A DNA stretch of 48,484 nucleotides, from positions 1-48,484 of IMG/VR virus record IMGVR_UViG_2737471860_000008. One strand, given 5' to 3'. Both the position numbers and the translations under genes were made by a program. The notes beneath the pieces were generated by a model that did not search any database, had not been told where the DNA came from, and was given only the letters and a program-made list of their open reading frames with translations. Below are positions 1 through 9,039 of the stretch, piece by piece. This DNA is from a virus (taxonomy: Duplodnaviria; Heunggongvirae; Uroviricota; Caudoviricetes). Position 1 is the stretch's first letter. Each line of letters starts with the position of its first letter.

Positions 1-1248
1 ATGGCACTGAATATTCCATTCAGAAATGCGTACTATCGTTTTGCATCCAGTTACTCATTTCTCTTTTTTATTTCCTGGTCGCTGTGGTGGTCGTTATACG
101 CTATTTGGCTGAAAGGACATCTAGGGTTGACAGGGACGGAATTAGGTACACTTTATTCGGTCAACCAGTTTACCAGCATTCTATTTATGATGTTCTACGG
201 CATCGTTCAGGATAAACTCGGTCTGAAGAAACCGCTCATCTGGTGTATGAGTTTCATCCTGGTCTTGACCGGACCGTTTATGATTTACGTTTATGAACCG
301 TTACTGCAAAGCAATTTTTCTGTAGGTCTAATTCTGGGGGCGCTATTTTTTGGCTTGGGGTATCTGGCGGGATGCGGTTTGCTTGATAGCTTCACCGAAA
401 AAATGGCGCGAAATTTTCATTTCGAATATGGAACAGCGCGCGCCTGGGGATCTTTTGGCTATGCTATTGGCGCGTTCTTTGCCGGCATATTTTTTAGTAT
501 CAGTCCCCATATCAACTTCTGGTTGGTCTCGCTATTTGGCGCTGTATTTATGATGATCAACATGCGTTTTAAAGATAAGGATCACCAGTGCGTAGCGGCA
601 GATGCGGGAGGGGTAAAAAAAGAGGATTTTATCGCAGTTTTCAAGGATCGAAACTTCTGGGTTTTCGTCATATTTATTGTGGGGACGTGGTCTTTCTATA
701 ACATTTTTGATCAACAACTTTTTCCTGTCTTTTATGCAGGTTTATTCGAATCACACGATGTAGGAACGCGCCTGTATGGTTATCTCAACTCATTCCAGGT
801 GGTACTCGAAGCGCTGTGCATGGCGATTATTCCTTTCTTTGTGAATCGGGTAGGGCCAAAAAATGCATTACTTATCGGAGTTGTGATTATGGCGTTGCGT
901 ATCCTTTCCTGCGCGCTGTTCGTTAACCCCTGGATTATTTCATTAGTGAAGTTGTTACATGCCATTGAGGTTCCACTTTGTGTCATATCCGTCTTCAAAT
1001 ACAGCGTGGCAAACTTTGATAAGCGCCTGTCGTCGACGATCTTTCTGATTGGTTTTCAAATTGCCAGTTCGCTTGGGATTGTGCTGCTTTCAACGCCGAC
1101 TGGGATACTCTTTGACCACGCAGGCTACCAGACAGTTTTCTTCGCAATTTCGGGTATTGTCTGCCTGATGTTGCTATTTGGCATTTTCTTCTTGAGTAAA
1201 AAACGCGAGCAAATAGTTATGGAAACGCCTGTACCTTCAGCAATATAG
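1..1248 (+). CDS. cscB: Sucrose:H+ symporter (MFS, oligosaccharide/H+ symporter family), 415 aa
   Basis: Full-length ORF with 12-TM-like hydrophobic profile; sequence matches my recollection of E. coli CscB (MALNIPFRNAYYRF...); csc locus is known to lie beside argW. Confidence 0.8.
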   Translation: MALNIPFRNAYYRFASSYSFLFFISWSLWWSLYAIWLKGHLGLTGTELGTLYSVNQFTSILFMMFYGIVQDKLGLKKPLIWCMSFILVLTGPFMIYVYEPLLQSNFSVGLILGALFFGLGYLAGCGLLDSFTEKMARNFHFEYGTARAWGSFGYAIGAFFAGIFFSISPHINFWLVSLFGAVFMMINMRFKDKDHQCVAADAGGVKKEDFIAVFKDRNFWVFVIFIVGTWSFYNIFDQQLFPVFYAGLFESHDVGTRLYGYLNSFQVVLEALCMAIIPFFVNRVGPKNALLIGVVIMALRILSCALFVNPWIISLVKLLHAIEVPLCVISVFKYSVANFDKRLSSTIFLIGFQIASSLGIVLLSTPTGILFDHAGYQTVFFAISGIVCLMLLFGIFFLSKKREQIVMETPVPSAI

Positions 1249-1689
1249 ACGTAAACTTTTTCCGGTTGTTGTCGATAGCTCTATATCCCTCAACCGGAAA
1301 ATAATAATAGTAAAATGCTTAGCCCTGCTAATAATCGCCTAATCCAAACGCCTCATTCATGTTCTGGTACAGTCGCTCAAATGTACTTCAGATGCGCGGT
1401 TCGCTGATTTCCAGGACATTGTCGTCATTCAGTGACCTGTCCCGTGTATCACGGTCCTGCGAATTCATCAAGGAATGCATTGCGGAGTGAAGTATCGAGT
1501 CACGCCATATTTCGCTATCAGGATTCTGTGTGATGGTTACATCGCCCGGCCCAGGGCTGTTTAGTCATCAGCGCTTTCTGACAGTGCTGAGATTTCAACC
1601 TGTTGCAGTAAAAATGAGTAGATATAAGGCAAGTGTGCTGCCAAACCCATCTTTTACGGGGTGAAGGTAGATTTCGTTTGAAGGGTATC

Positions 1690-1704
1690 TGGTGTCCCCT
1701 GCAG
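1690..1704. repeat. attR core (distal copy of 15-bp att repeat TGGTGTCCCCTGCAG)
   Basis: Exact 15/15 match to 47402-47416; flanking bases differ on both sides. Confidence 0.8.
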
Positions 1705-1763
1705 ACATCTACTTGAAGCGGCAGGGGATTGATTGGAATGGTATTTTTTAGATGTGAGAAATA

Positions 1764-1783
1764 TTTTACCCGCTATTTTACCC
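1764..1783 (+). promoter_or_regulatory. Two direct TTTTACCC repeats (putative integrase/RDF arm-type sites) near attR
   Basis: 8-mer TTTTACCC at 1764-1771 and 1776-1783; same 8-mer (both orientations) clustered at the int-proximal end 47241-47284. Confidence 0.4.
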
Positions 1784-1978
1784 ATTGGCGCGGCTTAAGA
1801 GCTTATTTTTGAATTCACAATGGTCACGATATAACCATCTTGCTCGCCCGTGGATAACTTTGGCTTTAGGCAGGTCGCCGGACTTAATCCGGTCATAGAT
1901 GAAGGTTTTACCAAAGCCAGTATCAGCCATGATGAATTTCAAATCAACCAGTGAATCAGGTTGTAGTTCGTGTTGCAT
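1778..1978 (-). CDS. torI: AlpA/TorI-family excisionase (recombination directionality factor), 66 aa
   Basis: Small HTH protein with AlpA-type motif (MADTGFGKT...IY...GDLPKAKV..GRARW) placed directly beside att; matches my recollection of K-12 TorI. Confidence 0.7.
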   Translation of the reverse strand: MQHELQPDSLVDLKFIMADTGFGKTFIYDRIKSGDLPKAKVIHGRARWLYRDHCEFKNKLLSRANG

Positions 1979-2020
1979 GAGTACTATCTCCGAATAGGGA
2001 ATCGAACCTGCAAATCAGGT

Positions 2021-2044
2021 AATAAAAAACCGCCATCAGGCGGC
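2021..2044 (-). terminator. Rho-independent terminator (minus strand)
   Basis: Hairpin CCGCC-ATCA-GGCGG followed on the minus strand by a T-run (TTTTTTATT); lies just 3' of the 55-aa ORF. Confidence 0.5.
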
Positions 2045-2203
2045 TTGGTGTTCTTTCAGTTCTTCAATTCGAATATTGGTTACGTCTGCATGTGCTATCT
2101 GCGCCCACAGCATCCAGTGGTCGTAGCAGTCGTTGATGTTCTCCGCTTCGATAACTCTGTTGAATGGCTCTCCATTCCATTCTCCTGTGACTCGGAAGTG
2201 CAT
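2036..2203 (-). CDS. Small hypothetical protein, 55 aa (not in ORF track, below 60 aa)
   Basis: ATG at 2203 preceded by GGAG SD (ggagatga-ATG); ORF ends in the terminator hairpin; hand-translated MHFRVTGEWNGEPFNRVIEAENINDCYDHWMLWAQIAHADVTNIRIEELKEHQAA. Confidence 0.35.
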   Translation of the reverse strand: MHFRVTGEWNGEPFNRVIEAENINDCYDHWMLWAQIAHADVTNIRIEELKEHQAA

Positions 2204-2275
2204 TTATCATCTCCATAAAACAAAACCCGCCGTAGCGAGTTCAGATAAAAGAAATCCCCGCGAGTGCGAGGATTG

Positions 2276-2560
2276 TTATTCATTGTCGATATTAATCTTT
2301 ATCGCGAACACCTTTACCGGTTTATCACCGAAGTGCGGATGTGTGATTGTCTTGATTTCATATCCGTCATACGGAACATCAATTCTACGGCTGGAATCGT
2401 CGCGCTTCGGATATCCCTTTGTGATAATCAGGCGGTCATACTTACGGTTAACGAGGCGCTTATTCCAATAGTCATTACACAGGCGATACTCTTCCGTTTT
2501 CTCCCCGCGAATCATGGCATCGAAGCATTCACCTTTGACGGCAAGTTGCAGGTTAGCCAC
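2276..2560 (-). CDS. Hypothetical phage protein, possibly ASCH/PUA-like (DUF3850-like), 94 aa
   Basis: Pattern KGECFDAMIRGEKTEEYR...YDRLIITKGY resembles ASCH-type small domains; assignment by eye only. Confidence 0.45.
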   Translation of the reverse strand: MANLQLAVKGECFDAMIRGEKTEEYRLCNDYWNKRLVNRKYDRLIITKGYPKRDDSSRRIDVPYDGYEIKTITHPHFGDKPVKVFAIKINIDNE

Positions 2561-2840
2561 GACCTTCCTCCTTTGGCTTGTGAATTTGTATCGTCATGCC
2601 GCTTTGAGTGGTGACTACAATGACAGAACCAGGCTGAAGGCTGTTAAGATTGAATGCTTCGTAAAACGAATCCAATGCCAGTGCTTTTTTATTCTTTCTG
2701 TTCCACCAACGCCACCCCTTGCTACAGGCTACACTGACAATCCACTGCCCACTCCTGTAAGCCATATAAAACCAGATGAGCAAAACCTGAAGGAATGCTA
2801 TCCAGTCAATAATCGTATATTTCGCGAAGGAGTCCATCAC
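2553..2840 (-). CDS. Small predicted membrane protein, 95 aa
   Basis: N-terminal hydrophobic stretch (IIDWIAFLQVLLIWFYMAY) then basic WRWWNRKNKK; overlaps neighbours by a few bases (operon-like). Confidence 0.5.
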   Translation of the reverse strand: MMDSFAKYTIIDWIAFLQVLLIWFYMAYRSGQWIVSVACSKGWRWWNRKNKKALALDSFYEAFNLNSLQPGSVIVVTTQSGMTIQIHKPKEEGRG

Positions 2841-3616
2841 TTCACCTCCTGCTGCGGTGCTGCTGGCATTTCACGCCAGTGCGTAACTGAGTGCGGATCC
2901 GGATATTCAGTGCCATCATCCCAGCGATTGCCATTCCACATTGCAGACCACATCTCACCGTCTTCATACATGACCATTACCGGAATTAACTTATCCGGCA
3001 TCCGCTCACTACAGCTTATCCAACCATCCGGAGTTACCGGAGAGTTGCCATTTACATCGAAGTTTGGCTCTGCGTCCTGAACCAGGAGGATGTAACCATT
3101 CTTGGCAGTATCAAGTTCTAACGCCTCGGTGACGGTACCGAAATAGCGATTACCTAAATCCGCATCACAAGTGCTTACATCAATGGAAACCTCCATGCCT
3201 TCGATTAATTCTGGCAAGTTGTAAGTTTGGCTTACAGGTTCGGCACCATGAAGCATGGCAGCACGGCAGGCGTTCCAGCCAGCTGTTCGCCCAAGCGAGT
3301 AAACTTCAGATGGCTCAAGATAATCAATGTCATGCCCGTCCTCATCGTCGTTCTCAGGTAATGCAGCAGGTACTACTGGTACTGGCGGAGCGGCGTAGAC
3401 TTCAATAATCCCATTATCAATAGGCCATTCTCCATCCTTGAGGTAGTCACTTGTGCCGTCAACTTGCTGTTCAGCAATGTGGAATGCACCAACTGGCTCT
3501 GCCTCAAGCGAGGCCAGTGCAATCCGTGCCAGTTCCATTTGTTCGCCACGGGTAAGTCCGTTATCAAGCGGATTTTTAATGAATAATTCGATACGTTCTT
3601 TGGTTATAGCGCTCAT
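2837..3616 (-). CDS. Phage protein with C-terminal DUF551-like domain, ~259 aa (start moved to MSAITKERIE)
   Basis: AGGAG SD before ATG at 3616; C-terminal W-rich motif (MWSAMWNGNRWDD...VTHWREMP) typical of DUF551. Confidence 0.55.
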   Translation of the reverse strand: MSAITKERIELFIKNPLDNGLTRGEQMELARIALASLEAEPVGAFHIAEQQVDGTSDYLKDGEWPIDNGIIEVYAAPPVPVVPAALPENDDEDGHDIDYLEPSEVYSLGRTAGWNACRAAMLHGAEPVSQTYNLPELIEGMEVSIDVSTCDADLGNRYFGTVTEALELDTAKNGYILLVQDAEPNFDVNGNSPVTPDGWISCSERMPDKLIPVMVMYEDGEMWSAMWNGNRWDDGTEYPDPHSVTHWREMPAAPQQEVK

Positions 3617-3617
3617 A

Positions 3618-4568
3618 TCACTCTCCTTTGATGCGAATGCCAGCAAGCCAGTTTCTTATGCCGATATATTCAGCGTTCCTGAAACCGCTTTTTACATATA
3701 TAAATGGCAAGCGAAGATTGTGACCATTGGCTGCCAGGTAGTCTTTACAACCCTGTTCGGTGAAACAGCAGGTAACGAATTCATCAATATCTTTCACAGC
3801 AACGCGCCGCCATTTTTCTGGTGGCTCTCGAAAGTTTTCGTGAAGTAGTTCGAGACGACGACTTTGGCGTTTATTGGCTTCATTGCCATCTTCATCAACC
3901 CAGACAATCCGGTCATAGTCATAATCAGCATCAACAACGATTTCGCGCTTTTGATACACACAAAACATGGGATCTGACGTTATTCGATTGTCCTGTGTCC
4001 GAATATTTTCACCGATGATGCCAAACGAATCTGGTGCAGATTTTGTCTGCATCTCTCCGATACGTTCAGCCATCGCAGCACACTCTTCAAAGTTGCTTAA
4101 TGCTTTTCGCTCCCATTCAGCGCATTGTTTTTCCAGTTCTGCAATGCGCTTACCTCCATCCGCGATTACTCCATCGTAATACTCACGCTGCTCGTTGAGT
4201 TTTGATTTTGCTGCTTCAAGCTCAACACGCAGCTTCCCTACCGTTAGCGCAATTTCCTCGTTCTCCTGGTCGCGGGATTTGATGTATTGCTGGTTTCTTT
4301 CCCGTTCATCCAGTAGTGCCAGCACGGTAGCCGGACTGGCTGCGGCGATGAATTCAGCATTGGCCTGCTGTTCCATTTGGAAATCTTCATCGAAACCGCT
4401 TTCTGGATGAGCTCCTTCAATTCTGCAAATGGGGATATATCCAGCAGCCTCGCGATGAATTAGCGCATCATCACCATCAAATCGGCCCTCTCCATATTCG
4501 AGCGACCACACACCACACGTTGCTTTTTCTGCCTTAGCACGCAGTGCCTGATAATCAATCTGGCTCAC
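3618..4568 (-). CDS. Ea22/Ead-like early protein, 316 aa
   Basis: N-terminus [19 protein letters not shown] resembles the Ead/Ea22-like domain of lambdoid early-left operons; central coiled-coil. Confidence 0.55.
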   Translation of the reverse strand: MSQIDYQALRAKAEKATCGVWSLEYGEGRFDGDDALIHREAAGYIPICRIEGAHPESGFDEDFQMEQQANAEFIAAASPATVLALLDERERNQQYIKSRDQENEEIALTVGKLRVELEAAKSKLNEQREYYDGVIADGGKRIAELEKQCAEWERKALSNFEECAAMAERIGEMQTKSAPDSFGIIGENIRTQDNRITSDPMFCVYQKREIVVDADYDYDRIVWVDEDGNEANKRQSRRLELLHENFREPPEKWRRVAVKDIDEFVTCCFTEQGCKDYLAANGHNLRLPFIYVKSGFRNAEYIGIRNWLAGIRIKGE

Positions 4569-4809
4569 TGGTTGCCTCCTGCTTTTCTGCCTTCAACACC
4601 ATGCGAGAACCATCATCCAGCTCCCACGCGATCTCACCACCTTCAACCATGACCAGTCGCCACACCAATTGAGCAGCCTCATTGGTAACATCACGACCTG
4701 GATCATTGCCAACGCGCATACGTCCACCTTCAACATCGCGCATTTTTGCCAGCATGATAGTTTTTGATAGCGGTGAAAAACCAAGCTGTAGTCGTGCGGA
4801 ATTACTCAC
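4555..4809 (-). CDS. Hypothetical early protein, 84 aa
   Basis: ORF in operon context, overlapping stop/start with neighbours. Confidence 0.4.
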   Translation of the reverse strand: MSNSARLQLGFSPLSKTIMLAKMRDVEGGRMRVGNDPGRDVTNEAAQLVWRLVMVEGGEIAWELDDGSRMVLKAEKQEATSEPD

Positions 4810-5006
4810 TGCTTGCCTCCTTTACGCCACATCGCATTCAGATATTTGTTTTGATTCACTGATGGAAAAGAATTTCTCTTAAGCAATTCCTCTCTCGATG
4901 GCATTGGCTTTACGCGTTGGCGAATAATCATTTCTGCCGGAAGAATGCCGGGATTGTATGCAAGTCCTCTCATTGTAAATTCCTCAGTCATTACTGATAG
5001 CGCCAT
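4806..5006 (-). CDS. Hypothetical early protein, 66 aa
   Basis: ORF in operon context. Confidence 0.35.
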   Translation of the reverse strand: MALSVMTEEFTMRGLAYNPGILPAEMIIRQRVKPMPSREELLKRNSFPSVNQNKYLNAMWRKGGKQ

Positions 5007-5280
5007 AGCGTGAGCGGTAATTACGCAGGCGCGGGTCGATATATTCAGGGAAGTGGGTATATGTGGATTTGCGGAATGGTCGGATTGATGTTTCGTTTAT
5101 TCGGTCTTTTTCCTGTTTTTCTGCGAGTTGTATATCGCGTCGGTACTTCCGTTCTTCTTTTGTTTCTGGTGGCAGAGCAAGAAACGCGTCGAGATTATTC
5201 TTGATATTTTCCAGCACCTCAGATATGGAATTGCCGGAACAGCGGCGCGGGTCGTCCGCACCATATAGAGGCGCTGGCAT
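4984..5280 (-). CDS. Hypothetical early protein, 98 aa
   Basis: ORF in operon context. Confidence 0.4.
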   Translation of the reverse strand: MPAPLYGADDPRRCSGNSISEVLENIKNNLDAFLALPPETKEERKYRRDIQLAEKQEKDRINETSIRPFRKSTYTHFPEYIDPRLRNYRSRYGAISND

Positions 5281-5296
5281 GGTTTTCTCCTGTTGA

Positions 5297-5845
5297 TTAT
5301 TTAGCTAACTTTTTCCAGATCGCTGAAACGTATTTGGCTTGGTGGATGGCATCATCAAGCGCGTTGTGGCGAGTTCCTTTGAATGGCATATCTCGCTTAG
5401 GATCGAATCCTATTACCTTCCCAAGTTCGACGATTGTTCTTACGTCGCGGTCATTCCACCACTGCCACGGAACTGGCTGCCCTGTCAGCGAATAACTGTT
5501 GCGGAGAATAACGCAGTCAAATGATGCTCCATTCCCCCAAACCTGAACGAGTTTGTGGTTGGCGTTCTTTATGATGAATTCAGATAACCATGAAAGAGCC
5601 GTTGAAAGCTCCTGAGTGTTGCTGGTTAGCGATTTTCTGGCTTCTTCACTCTGTTCCAGCCACCATAAAATCGTTGAAGCGTCAGGACGCGCCCGATATC
5701 GCATTGATGACTCAAGCGAGATATTTACCGAGAACTCTTCTCCTGTTTCTCCGGTATTCGGGTCAAAGAATACCGCCCCAATAGAAATAACTGGCGCGTA
5801 TGGCCCGTTGCCCATTGTTTCAAGGTCAACCATCAAGTGATTCAT
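5297..5845 (-). CDS. DnaQ-like 3'-5' exonuclease (DEDDh), 182 aa
   Basis: Exo I motif VDLETMG, Exo III motif H-NALDD near C-terminus; sits with SSB and annealing protein. Confidence 0.7.
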   Translation of the reverse strand: MNHLMVDLETMGNGPYAPVISIGAVFFDPNTGETGEEFSVNISLESSMRYRARPDASTILWWLEQSEEARKSLTSNTQELSTALSWLSEFIIKNANHKLVQVWGNGASFDCVILRNSYSLTGQPVPWQWWNDRDVRTIVELGKVIGFDPKRDMPFKGTRHNALDDAIHQAKYVSAIWKKLAK

Positions 5846-5853
5846 GTAAGTCC

Positions 5854-6360
5854 TTAAATTGCGTGAATAGCGTGACGAGGGAAGGGGAGAGTTACTGGTG
5901 CAAAGGGTATATCGTCGTCAAAATCCATCGGAGGTTCGTTGTGTTGTGCTGGTGATGATTGCTGCTGTGGCTTCTGCGATTGCCTGCTGGCTGCTTGTTG
6001 TTTGCTGTCGCCAATTCCGCCAAGCATTTGCATCACGCCATTAATTCCGACATGAACCTCGGTTGTGTAACGGTCTTGCCCTGACTGGTCTTTCCACTTT
6101 CTGGTTCTCAGCATTCCCTCGAAATAAATCTGATCACCTTTTTTCACATACTGCCCCACGACCTCAGCCAGTTTCCCGGATACAGCAACACGATGCCATT
6201 CAGTCAATTCCTTTTGCTCGCCAGTATTTTTATCTCGCCATTGTTCTGACGTGGCTATTGTCAGGTTAGCGAACGCTGTACCTGATGGTGAGTATCGAAC
6301 TTCCGGGTCTTGTCCTACCCGACCAAGGATAATCACCTTATTTACGCCTCTGCTTGCCAT
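5854..6360 (-). CDS. ssb: Single-stranded DNA-binding protein, 168 aa
   Basis: OB-fold N-terminus ([18 protein letters not shown]), Gln/Pro-rich linker, acidic tail DFDDDIPF. Confidence 0.9.
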   Translation of the reverse strand: MASRGVNKVIILGRVGQDPEVRYSPSGTAFANLTIATSEQWRDKNTGEQKELTEWHRVAVSGKLAEVVGQYVKKGDQIYFEGMLRTRKWKDQSGQDRYTTEVHVGINGVMQMLGGIGDSKQQAASRQSQKPQQQSSPAQHNEPPMDFDDDIPFAPVTLPFPRHAIHAI

Positions 6361-7068
6361 TTATGCCGCCTGTTTTAGTTCGTTAACTCTGATGTTCATT
6401 ACCTGAACGCATTTAGCCTGCGCCTCCTCATTGCCAGCCATTAATTGCCAGTCACGCTGATAACGCTCGATGAGTTTTTTCTTGTCAGTTTCTGTTGACA
6501 CATAATCGCTGAAGTCTTTCAGGATTTGTTCGCAGTCAACCGATGGAGATTTCTGGTTGGTATTTTCTGGTGATGGTTTGTTATCTGATGCTGGTATTGC
6601 CCATCCCGGCAGCGATGGAGGGAGCCAGTAAAATCCTGTTCCATCCTTGAGTTTTGCCCTGTGCCATCCCTGCTTTTTATCGAGAGATGTTTGTGCGAAA
6701 CCTTCCTCAAGGTTATACAGATACCTACCGATTCCCCACTGAACGGCAGCGCGCTTCATTGCACCGGAACGACCACCTTTGACGGCTTCTACCTGCGTGT
6801 TTTCAGCAGCATCCCATTTGGTTACCCATTCGGAATCAATCTTGATTGATATGCCGCATTCAACTCCGCCGTTGTTGGGAATATCGCGGTATTCATTGCG
6901 CCATCCTGCTTTGCCGCAAACATCGTCCAGGCGTTTCATGATTGCCCGGTTCGTGACATAAGCCAGCACCATAGCCCACACCTTGCCATCGCGTGTTTTA
7001 CCGCTTTGCTGTATTCGCCATTCGATATCTTCAGGGCTGAATGGCTCATCGAATTTGTTCAAATCCAT
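6361..7068 (-). CDS. Rad52/Sak-like single-strand annealing protein, 235 aa
   Basis: Recombination-module position next to SSB and exonuclease; N-terminal region resembles Rad52-family phage SSAPs (by eye). Confidence 0.55.
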   Translation of the reverse strand: MDLNKFDEPFSPEDIEWRIQQSGKTRDGKVWAMVLAYVTNRAIMKRLDDVCGKAGWRNEYRDIPNNGGVECGISIKIDSEWVTKWDAAENTQVEAVKGGRSGAMKRAAVQWGIGRYLYNLEEGFAQTSLDKKQGWHRAKLKDGTGFYWLPPSLPGWAIPASDNKPSPENTNQKSPSVDCEQILKDFSDYVSTETDKKKLIERYQRDWQLMAGNEEAQAKCVQVMNIRVNELKQAA

Positions 7069-7167
7069 AATTCACCTCAGAATGGACACGGTCCAAGGAA
7101 ATAACGCTGATTTAATACTTCTACTCGGGACAAATTAAGGCATACCCGCATTCCTTCGCGGTCGCCA

Positions 7168-7326
7168 TTATGGCGATACCAGAGAGCTTTCTGCGTGTAC
7201 ATGCGTCTCTGTAACTTGCTCTCCTTCACTGTGGTTGCAAGTGACATGAATATCTCCTTCGTTACCGATTAATTCTTTCATCTGACGAATGAATTCTTCG
7301 TCTGACCAGTTATCTGTAAAACTCAT
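7168..7326 (-). CDS. Small hypothetical protein, 52 aa (hand-called)
   Basis: ATG overlaps stop of upstream small ORF (ATGA); MSFTDNWSDEEFIRQMKELIGNEGDIH... Confidence 0.3.
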   Translation of the reverse strand: MSFTDNWSDEEFIRQMKELIGNEGDIHVTCNHSEGEQVTETHVHAESSLVSP

Positions 7327-7475
7327 TTCCTGCGATACCACGGAAGGTTGATAGCTGATTTCATCGCTTTATTTGCTTCAAGCCACATTTTTGAATCACC
7401 AATAAATCTGGCTATTACTGCTTTGTTCTGTGCAGCACGAAGCATCTGGTGATTGATGGCTATTTCATTGCGCAT
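7323..7475 (-). CDS. Kil-like small protein, 50 aa (hand-called)
   Basis: GAGG SD; MRNEIAINHQMLRAAQNKAVIARFIGDSKMWLEANKAMKSAINLPWYRRK resembles lambda Kil central motif (IATFIGDEKMF). Confidence 0.4.
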   Translation of the reverse strand: MRNEIAINHQMLRAAQNKAVIARFIGDSKMWLEANKAMKSAINLPWYRRK

Positions 7476-7615
7476 AATAAGACCTCAACTCTTTTCCATC
7501 CGTCACGTAATTTACGGGTGATTCGTTCAAGTAAAGATTCATTTAATTGGAAGGCACCCATGCGAGCGCCTCCCGCGATTGCGTAAATCATGGGTGGTTC
7601 CTTATGTTGGTTTTA

Positions 7616-8584
7616 TTAGTAGGTTATTTTTGTTGCGAATACTTCGCCTTTTACGATGGCTGTTATGATATTTTTAGCAACATCTTCTGATGCGCCAACC
7701 TTGATAAGGTCAGCAAGTATTTTGTTATTTACTTCTTTCCGGTGAGCTTTATCCTTTGCTCTACGCTCTTCTTCTTCCTTGATTCTTTTTTCTTCTGCTA
7801 TTCTGGCTTGCTCTTTTGCTTCAGCCTCGCGCCGGATTCGTTCAGCCTCCTCCTGTGCTTTTCGGCGTTCTGCTTCAATTGCCGCCTGCTTTTCTCTTTC
7901 AGCTCGTTCTGCTGCCTCTTTTGCTTCGCGCTGTGCTCGTTGCTCGGCTTCAATGCGTTCACGCTCTGCACGTTCCGCTGCGGCCTTAGCTTCTGCTTCT
8001 CGCCTTGCTGCTGCTTCAATTTCGGCTTTTGCCTTTGCTTCGGCTTCTGCTCTGGCTCTCTCTTCAGCTTCTCTTTTTAAGCGTTCTTCATGCTCTCGCT
8101 TTTCCCGCTCCGCTTTGAGTCTTGCCTCTTCTCTTTGGCGGTCAAATTCGCGATCCATCAAAATCGCTATTTCATGGTCAGACTCAATTTGCTTTGCGAG
8201 AGCTTCAGCTGCTGCCTTAGCTTCTTCTTCGGCTTTAATCCGTGCCTGTTCTTCCTCATAATCAGTAAGAGGCTGGCGTGCCTTGGCTTTCAGCTCATCA
8301 AGGCGATCGCGCACTGTCTTGCGGTTGGCATCAATTAGCTTTGGAATTTCCTTCAGTTCAGCAACAAGGTCTTTGCCAAGACCATCGAGATATGTTTTCG
8401 TCTGCGCAACTTTATACGCCAGAGAAGCGATCTCCTTTCTGCCCTTTGCCGTTGTGATATCAGGCACAAAGGACATAACTTCACGTTCAACCTTTTGAAT
8501 GATTTCTTCAATCTGGTCGGCAGACTGAAATACAGTCATTGCATTTGCTTTTTCAATAACAACTAAATCTGTTACTTCACTCAT
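7616..8584 (-). CDS. Phage protein with long charged Glu/Ala/Lys/Arg coiled-coil (DUF1351-like?), ~322 aa
   Basis: Start moved to ATG 8584 (GGAGG SD, immediately after terminator); about 180 aa of EAKAKAE/REAEER repeats. Confidence 0.55.
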   Translation of the reverse strand: MSEVTDLVVIEKANAMTVFQSADQIEEIIQKVEREVMSFVPDITTAKGRKEIASLAYKVAQTKTYLDGLGKDLVAELKEIPKLIDANRKTVRDRLDELKAKARQPLTDYEEEQARIKAEEEAKAAAEALAKQIESDHEIAILMDREFDRQREEARLKAEREKREHEERLKREAEERARAEAEAKAKAEIEAAARREAEAKAAAERAERERIEAEQRAQREAKEAAERAEREKQAAIEAERRKAQEEAERIRREAEAKEQARIAEEKRIKEEEERRAKDKAHRKEVNNKILADLIKVGASEDVAKNIITAIVKGEVFATKITY

Positions 8585-8592
8585 ATATCCTC

Positions 8593-8625
8593 CATCAAAA
8601 AAAATCGCCCTCACATCGGAGGGCA
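8593..8625 (-). terminator. Rho-independent terminator in the leftward early operon (tL-like)
   Basis: Minus-strand hairpin GCCCTC-loop-GAGGGC followed by TTTTTTTT. Confidence 0.6.
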
Positions 8626-8760
8626 AAGAAGACTTCCAATAATCAGAACAAGTCGGCTCCTGTTTAGTTACGAGCGACATTGCTCCGTGTATTCACTCGT
8701 TGGAATGAATACACAGTGCAGTGTTTATTCTGTTGTTTGTGCCAAAAATAAAGGCCACTA

Positions 8761-8961
8761 TCAGGCAGCCTTGTTATTCTGTTTACCAAGTTCTCTGGCA
8801 ATCATTGCCGTTGTTCGTATTGCCCATTTATCGACATATTTCCCATTCTCCATTACAGGAAACATTTCTTCAGGCTTAACCATGCATTCCGATTGCAGCT
8901 TGCATCCATTGCATCGCTTGAATTGTCCACACCATTGATTTTTATCAATAGTCGTAGTCAT
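8761..8961 (-). CDS. Small Cys-rich (zinc-ribbon-like) protein, 66 aa
   Basis: C-x5-C-x2-C-x5-C cluster (CGQFKRCNGCKLQSEC); just downstream of N. Confidence 0.45.
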   Translation of the reverse strand: MTTTIDKNQWCGQFKRCNGCKLQSECMVKPEEMFPVMENGKYVDKWAIRTTAMIARELGKQNNKAA

Positions 8962-9039
8962 ACGGATAGTCCTGGTATTGTTCCATCACATCCTGCGGAT
9001 GCTCTTCGAACTCTTCAAATTCTTCTTCCATATATCACC

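Noticed and set aside
1262-1298. Long hairpin after cscB (TCCGGTTG...CAACCGGA) as an intrinsic terminator
   Set aside because: No T-run follows on either strand; may be a REP-like or other structured element, not called.
1321-1400. Possible remnant of a host gene 3' end on the minus strand between cscB and attR
   Set aside because: Only a short open stretch interrupted by stops; cannot be identified without a database search.
1970-2614. Plus-strand ORFs 1970-2218, 2133-2471 and 2264-2614
   Set aside because: Overlap better-supported minus-strand genes and a minus-strand terminator; no SD; translations lack any recognisable features.
7742-8338. Plus-strand ORFs with Ser/Ala/Cys/Phe-rich translations
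   Set aside because: Antisense to the charged coiled-coil gene; products are low-complexity artefacts of the repeat tract.
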